From a bacterium (lineage in GTDB: Bacteria > Krumholzibacteriota > Krumholzibacteriia > LZORAL124-64-63): a stretch of 64,000 bases of DNA. The notes beneath the pieces are model-generated. The model worked only from the letters and a program-made list of their open reading frames with translations, searched no databases and was not told where the DNA came from. Positions within the stretch are counted from its first letter, which is position 1. Every line of letters starts with the position of its first letter. Where the stretch lies: contig JANOEP010000046.1 in the NCBI GenBank assembly GCA_031441465.1, forward strand, positions 32,001 through 96,000, given 5' to 3'. The translations under genes and the position numbers were made by a program. Of the stretch, positions 61,005-64,000 are shown in pieces.

Positions 61005-61349
61005 ATGGCCGACTGCCTGTTCTGCAAGATCGCCGCCGGTGCGATCCCCGCCGACATCATCCACGCGGACGACGAGTTCGTCGCCTTCCGGGACATCGCC
61101 CCCCGCGCCCCGGTCCACGTCCTGGTGATCCCCCGTCGTCACATCCCGTCGCCGGGAGACCTCGTCGACGGCGACGAAGCCCTGGCCGGGCGCCTGCTGG
61201 TCACCGCGGCGCGGATCGCGCGCGACTCGGGACTGGACGCCACGGGGTTCCGCTGGGTCCTGAACTGCGGCGCCGACGGGGGACAGACCGTCCCCCACCT
61301 CCACCTGCACCTGCTCGGCGGGCGAGAACTCGGCTGGCCGCCCGGGTAA
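61005..61349 (+). CDS. hinT: histidine triad nucleotide-binding protein (HinT-like)
   Basis: DCLFCKI, FRDIAPRAPVHVLVIP, GQTVPHLHLHLLGGRELGWPPG. Confidence 0.9.
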   Translation: MADCLFCKIAAGAIPADIIHADDEFVAFRDIAPRAPVHVLVIPRRHIPSPGDLVDGDEALAGRLLVTAARIARDSGLDATGFRWVLNCGADGGQTVPHLHLHLLGGRELGWPPG

Positions 61350-61375
61350 CGCAGGGCCGCCGACCGCACCCGCCG

Positions 61376-62050
61376 TCACTTCACCTTGTACTGGCCCCGT
61401 CCGGCGCTGACGAGGATCTTGCTCGTCGACAGGGTGCGCCGCAGCACGTTCGCGAAGTTACCGCTCTTGCTCTTGACGAGTTTTCCCTTGGCGATGGCGC
61501 CCAGGATGTCCTGGACGGACATTTTGCCGCCGTTGGCGCGGATCAGGCCCGCCACGACCGACTCCAGGGTGGCCTTGCCGGACTTCCCGGCGGCGGCTTT
61601 GCGGGACGCGCCCTTGGCGGGCGCCGCCTTCCCGGCGGCCTTCTTCTTCCCGACCGGCTTCTTCGCGGTCTTCTTCTTCGCGACCGGCTTCTTCGCCGAC
61701 GCCTTCTTGGCGATCTTCTTCTTCGCTCTGGTCGTCTGCGCGACGGTCTTCTTCGCCGCAGCCTTCTTCACGGCGACCTTCTTCGCCGGCTTCCTGGCCG
61801 ACTTCTTCACCGACTTCTTCGCTGCGGCTTTCCGGCGCGCCGGGCCCCGCCCGCGACGGGCCGCGACCGGCGCGGCGGCGACGGGACCGCCCTTCACGAG
61901 ATCGGCGATGGCGGTGCGGACCGCGGCGAGTTCGGTCTCGAGCTCGCTGCGCCGCGATTCCAGAACGGTGAGCTGTTCCTTGACGGCGAGGAGGCGTCGG
62001 AGATCGTCGAGGGAAAGCTCCCCGGCGAGTGCGGCGAACTTGCGCATCAT
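61376..62050 (-). CDS. Lys/Ala-rich putative nucleoid-associated DNA-binding protein
   Basis: N-terminal coiled coil, histone H1-like AKK repeats, C-terminal helical domain ending GRGQYKVK; GGAGG RBS. Confidence 0.7.
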   Translation of the reverse strand: MMRKFAALAGELSLDDLRRLLAVKEQLTVLESRRSELETELAAVRTAIADLVKGGPVAAAPVAARRGRGPARRKAAAKKSVKKSARKPAKKVAVKKAAAKKTVAQTTRAKKKIAKKASAKKPVAKKKTAKKPVGKKKAAGKAAPAKGASRKAAAGKSGKATLESVVAGLIRANGGKMSVQDILGAIAKGKLVKSKSGNFANVLRRTLSTSKILVSAGRGQYKVK

Positions 62051-62151
62051 CAAGAACCTCCGGGTTGGACTGTTCGGGCGGGCGAGAATATTACCGACAC
62101 CCTAGTTCCGGTGGCCGGGACTTGTCAACTGCGCGGTAAGATCGCGGGCGG

Positions 62152-63810
62152 TCAGCGCCGATCGGCGGGCGAGATCCACCAGTCCTGGACGTTCTGGTAG
62201 GTCGAGAGCACGTGGGGCGCCACGCCGCGCAACCGGCGCCGCACCGCCACCACCTGGTCGGGGTAATAAAGCGTGGCGACCGGCGAGTCGGCCACGATCA
62301 GACGCTGGAAGGCGTCCCAGACGGGTTTGGCCAGGGAGCGGTCGCGCTCGGCGAGCCCCCGGGCGAGCAGGGAGTCGGCCGCGGCGCTGGCGTAATGGCC
62401 GTAGTTGAACAGCGACCAGGCGTCCGAGGCGAAGCGCGGCGAGGGGTCCACCGCGAGCCGTTCGGAATAGACGCCCAGGTACGCTTCGAAGCGGCCGGAC
62501 TGGACGAGGTCGACGGCCGCGCCCATCTCCATGATCCGGGGCCGGCACTCCACCCCCACCCGCCCGAGATGGTCGCGGACGGCGGCGGCGCCGTTCTCCC
62601 GCACCGCGTCCCCTTTGCGCGTCACCAGGCTGAAACTCAGCGTCTCGCCGCCGCGCTCCCGCACGCCGTCGCCGTCGGCGTCGCGCCAACCGGCGGCGTC
62701 GAGCAGCTCCCGCGCGCGGGCGGGGTCGTAGGGTTCCGCCGGCAGCTCGCGGTCGAAGGCCCAGAGCGCGGGCGGCAGCGGGCCGCCGCCCGCGCGCGCG
62801 CAGCCCTCCAACAGCCCGTCCACGAAGAGCGAACGGTCGACGGCCAGCGACAGCGCGCGCCGCACGCGTGGGTCGGCGAAACGGGGGTCGGCCAGATTCC
62901 ACACGATCTGCCCCACCAGGCGTCCCGCCAACCGGTGCACGACCACATCGCCCCGCTGTTCCAGGCGGCCGAGCGCGTGCACGGGCACGTCCTCCAGCAG
63001 GTCCGCGCCGCCGGTCTCGAGTTCCACCAGGCGGGCCGTCTCGTCGGGGATGATCCGGAACACGAGCCGCTCGAGGCGGGGACGCGGCCCCGGGTAGGAC
63101 TCGTTGCGGCGCAGGACCAGCATCTGGTTGCGCTCCCAGGACTCCAGCACGAAGGGGCCGCTCGAGAGCGGGTGTTCGTTGAGCGTCCAAGCGCGCACCG
63201 CCGCCGGGTCGAGCGCGTCGGTGACGTGGGCGGGCAGGATGAAGTGGCCGAGCGTCGCCACGAGGTCGTTGCGGCTCTCCCGGAACTCGTAGCGCACGGT
63301 CGAGTCGTCCATCGCGGTGACGGACTTCACGTTGTTGAAACGGCCGCCGCCGCGCGGGCTCGCCACACGCGGGTCGACGAACAACCGGAACGACGCCGCG
63401 ACGTCGCGGGCCGTCAGCGGTGCGCCGTCGGACCAGCACCAGGGACGCAGCCGGACCGTCACCGCGAGGCTGTCGGGAGTGAATTCCAGACCGGCAGCGA
63501 TGCACGGCCGATAGGTGAAGTCCTCGCCCATTTCCACGAGGCCGTCGCCGAGCAGGTCGAGGATCTGGCCGGCGTGGGCGGAGGTGTAGAGCAGCGGGTT
63601 CAGGACGTCGGGATCGGCCGGGAACGCGATCACGGCCGTGCCGCCGGCGGTCGGCTCGTCGGCGGCTCCCGGCCGGGGTTTCGCCTCGCGGCCACAGCCG
63701 ATGGGCAGGACCGCCAGCACGGTCAACGCGACGAGCAACAGGGCGACGGCCGGCGACGGCGTCCCGACGTCTCCCGCCTCCGTGCCGGCGCTCCTGGTAT
63801 TCGCTCCCAT
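62152..63810 (-). CDS. ABC transporter solute-binding lipoprotein, family 5 (peptide/nickel)
   Basis: Lipobox-like LPIGC, DPDVLNP, WSDGAPLTARDV, SGPFVL, DPRVRRALSLAVDR, YDPARARELL. Confidence 0.88.
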   Translation of the reverse strand: MGANTRSAGTEAGDVGTPSPAVALLLVALTVLAVLPIGCGREAKPRPGAADEPTAGGTAVIAFPADPDVLNPLLYTSAHAGQILDLLGDGLVEMGEDFTYRPCIAAGLEFTPDSLAVTVRLRPWCWSDGAPLTARDVAASFRLFVDPRVASPRGGGRFNNVKSVTAMDDSTVRYEFRESRNDLVATLGHFILPAHVTDALDPAAVRAWTLNEHPLSSGPFVLESWERNQMLVLRRNESYPGPRPRLERLVFRIIPDETARLVELETGGADLLEDVPVHALGRLEQRGDVVVHRLAGRLVGQIVWNLADPRFADPRVRRALSLAVDRSLFVDGLLEGCARAGGGPLPPALWAFDRELPAEPYDPARARELLDAAGWRDADGDGVRERGGETLSFSLVTRKGDAVRENGAAAVRDHLGRVGVECRPRIMEMGAAVDLVQSGRFEAYLGVYSERLAVDPSPRFASDAWSLFNYGHYASAAADSLLARGLAERDRSLAKPVWDAFQRLIVADSPVATLYYPDQVVAVRRRLRGVAPHVLSTYQNVQDWWISPADRR

Positions 63811-63878
63811 GCTCCGCCTCCCCGCCGCGGGAAACGGCCCGGCCCCGTCGGGACCGGGCCGCTTCGGCAGCCCCGCGC

Positions 63879-63907
63879 AGTGTAGCGGGTGCGCCGGCCG
63901 CGGTCAA
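63879..63907 (-). promoter_or_regulatory. putative sigma70 promoter of the SBP gene
   Basis: TTGACC-17 nt-TACACT. Confidence 0.55.
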
Positions 63908-63918
63908 CGCGGCCGGCG
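63892..63918 (-). terminator. perfect 11-bp hairpin after the upstream gene stop
   Basis: cgccggccgcg-gtcaa-cgcggccggcg; no U-tract; overlaps the SBP -35 box. Confidence 0.35.
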
Positions 63919-63922
63919 GCGG

Positions 63923-64000
63923 CTATTTCACGAGCAGCATCTTCAAGGTGCTGCCCTCGGCGCCGCGCTGTGCGCGCAGGAAGTAGACGCCGCTGGCCTG
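63923..64000 (-). CDS. C-terminus of a protein with T9SS type A sorting / FlgD-Ig-like domain (partial)
   Basis: Manual translation QASGVYFLRAQRGAEGSTLKMLLVK-stop fits the SGVYF...K.ll.K consensus. Confidence 0.72.
   Translation of the reverse strand, partial: QASGVYFLRAQRGAEGSTLKMLLVK

Noticed and set aside
61590..61830. Repeated ttcttc units suggesting a CRISPR or satellite array
   Set aside because: They are Lys-Lys codons of the AKK-rich protein; no constant repeat-spacer structure

Overview
Very GC-rich (roughly 70% by eye) bacterial chromosome segment made almost entirely of core genes; all but two CDSs are on the minus strand and many are coupled by ATGA/GTGA overlaps. It contains a partial P5C dehydrogenase, class 1 FBPase, a full tol-pal-cpoB operon and a bacillithiol operon (bshA, bshB1, bshC) with a coupled SAM methyltransferase (candidate N-methyl-bacillithiol synthase NmbA). 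Next come nadB, a lipid A/outer-membrane cluster (lpxK, DUF374, lpxB, lpxA, lpxC-fabZ fusion, lpxD, skp, bamA), clpC, lolD/lolC-E, lysS, frameshifted prfB, coaE, polA, nadD, bamD, rimO, ftsK, accC/accB, efp and aroQ. These are followed by an uncharacterised four-gene membrane cassette (DUF6754-type) coupled to an acyl-CoA dehydrogenase, a PhzF-like gene, acpS and an LPS/glycosylation cluster (phosphoglycosyl transferase, GT-C, DUF3108, four GT9 including a WaaF-GmhB fusion). The window ends with lon-hsp20, a HIT protein, a Lys/Ala-rich nucleoid-protein candidate, an ABC family 5 solute-binding protein and the tail of a protein with a T9SS/FlgD-type C-terminus. The lpxC-fabZ fusion, T9SS-like tail and bsh genes suggest a high-GC FCB-group diderm such as Krumholzibacteriota or Latescibacterota (inference). 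No rRNA, tRNA, CRISPR array or mobile element was seen. The best novelty candidates are the DUF6754 membrane cassette, the methyl-bacillithiol operon and the coiled-coil/H1-like/winged-helix protein. All family calls come from motif recognition by eye, not database searches.
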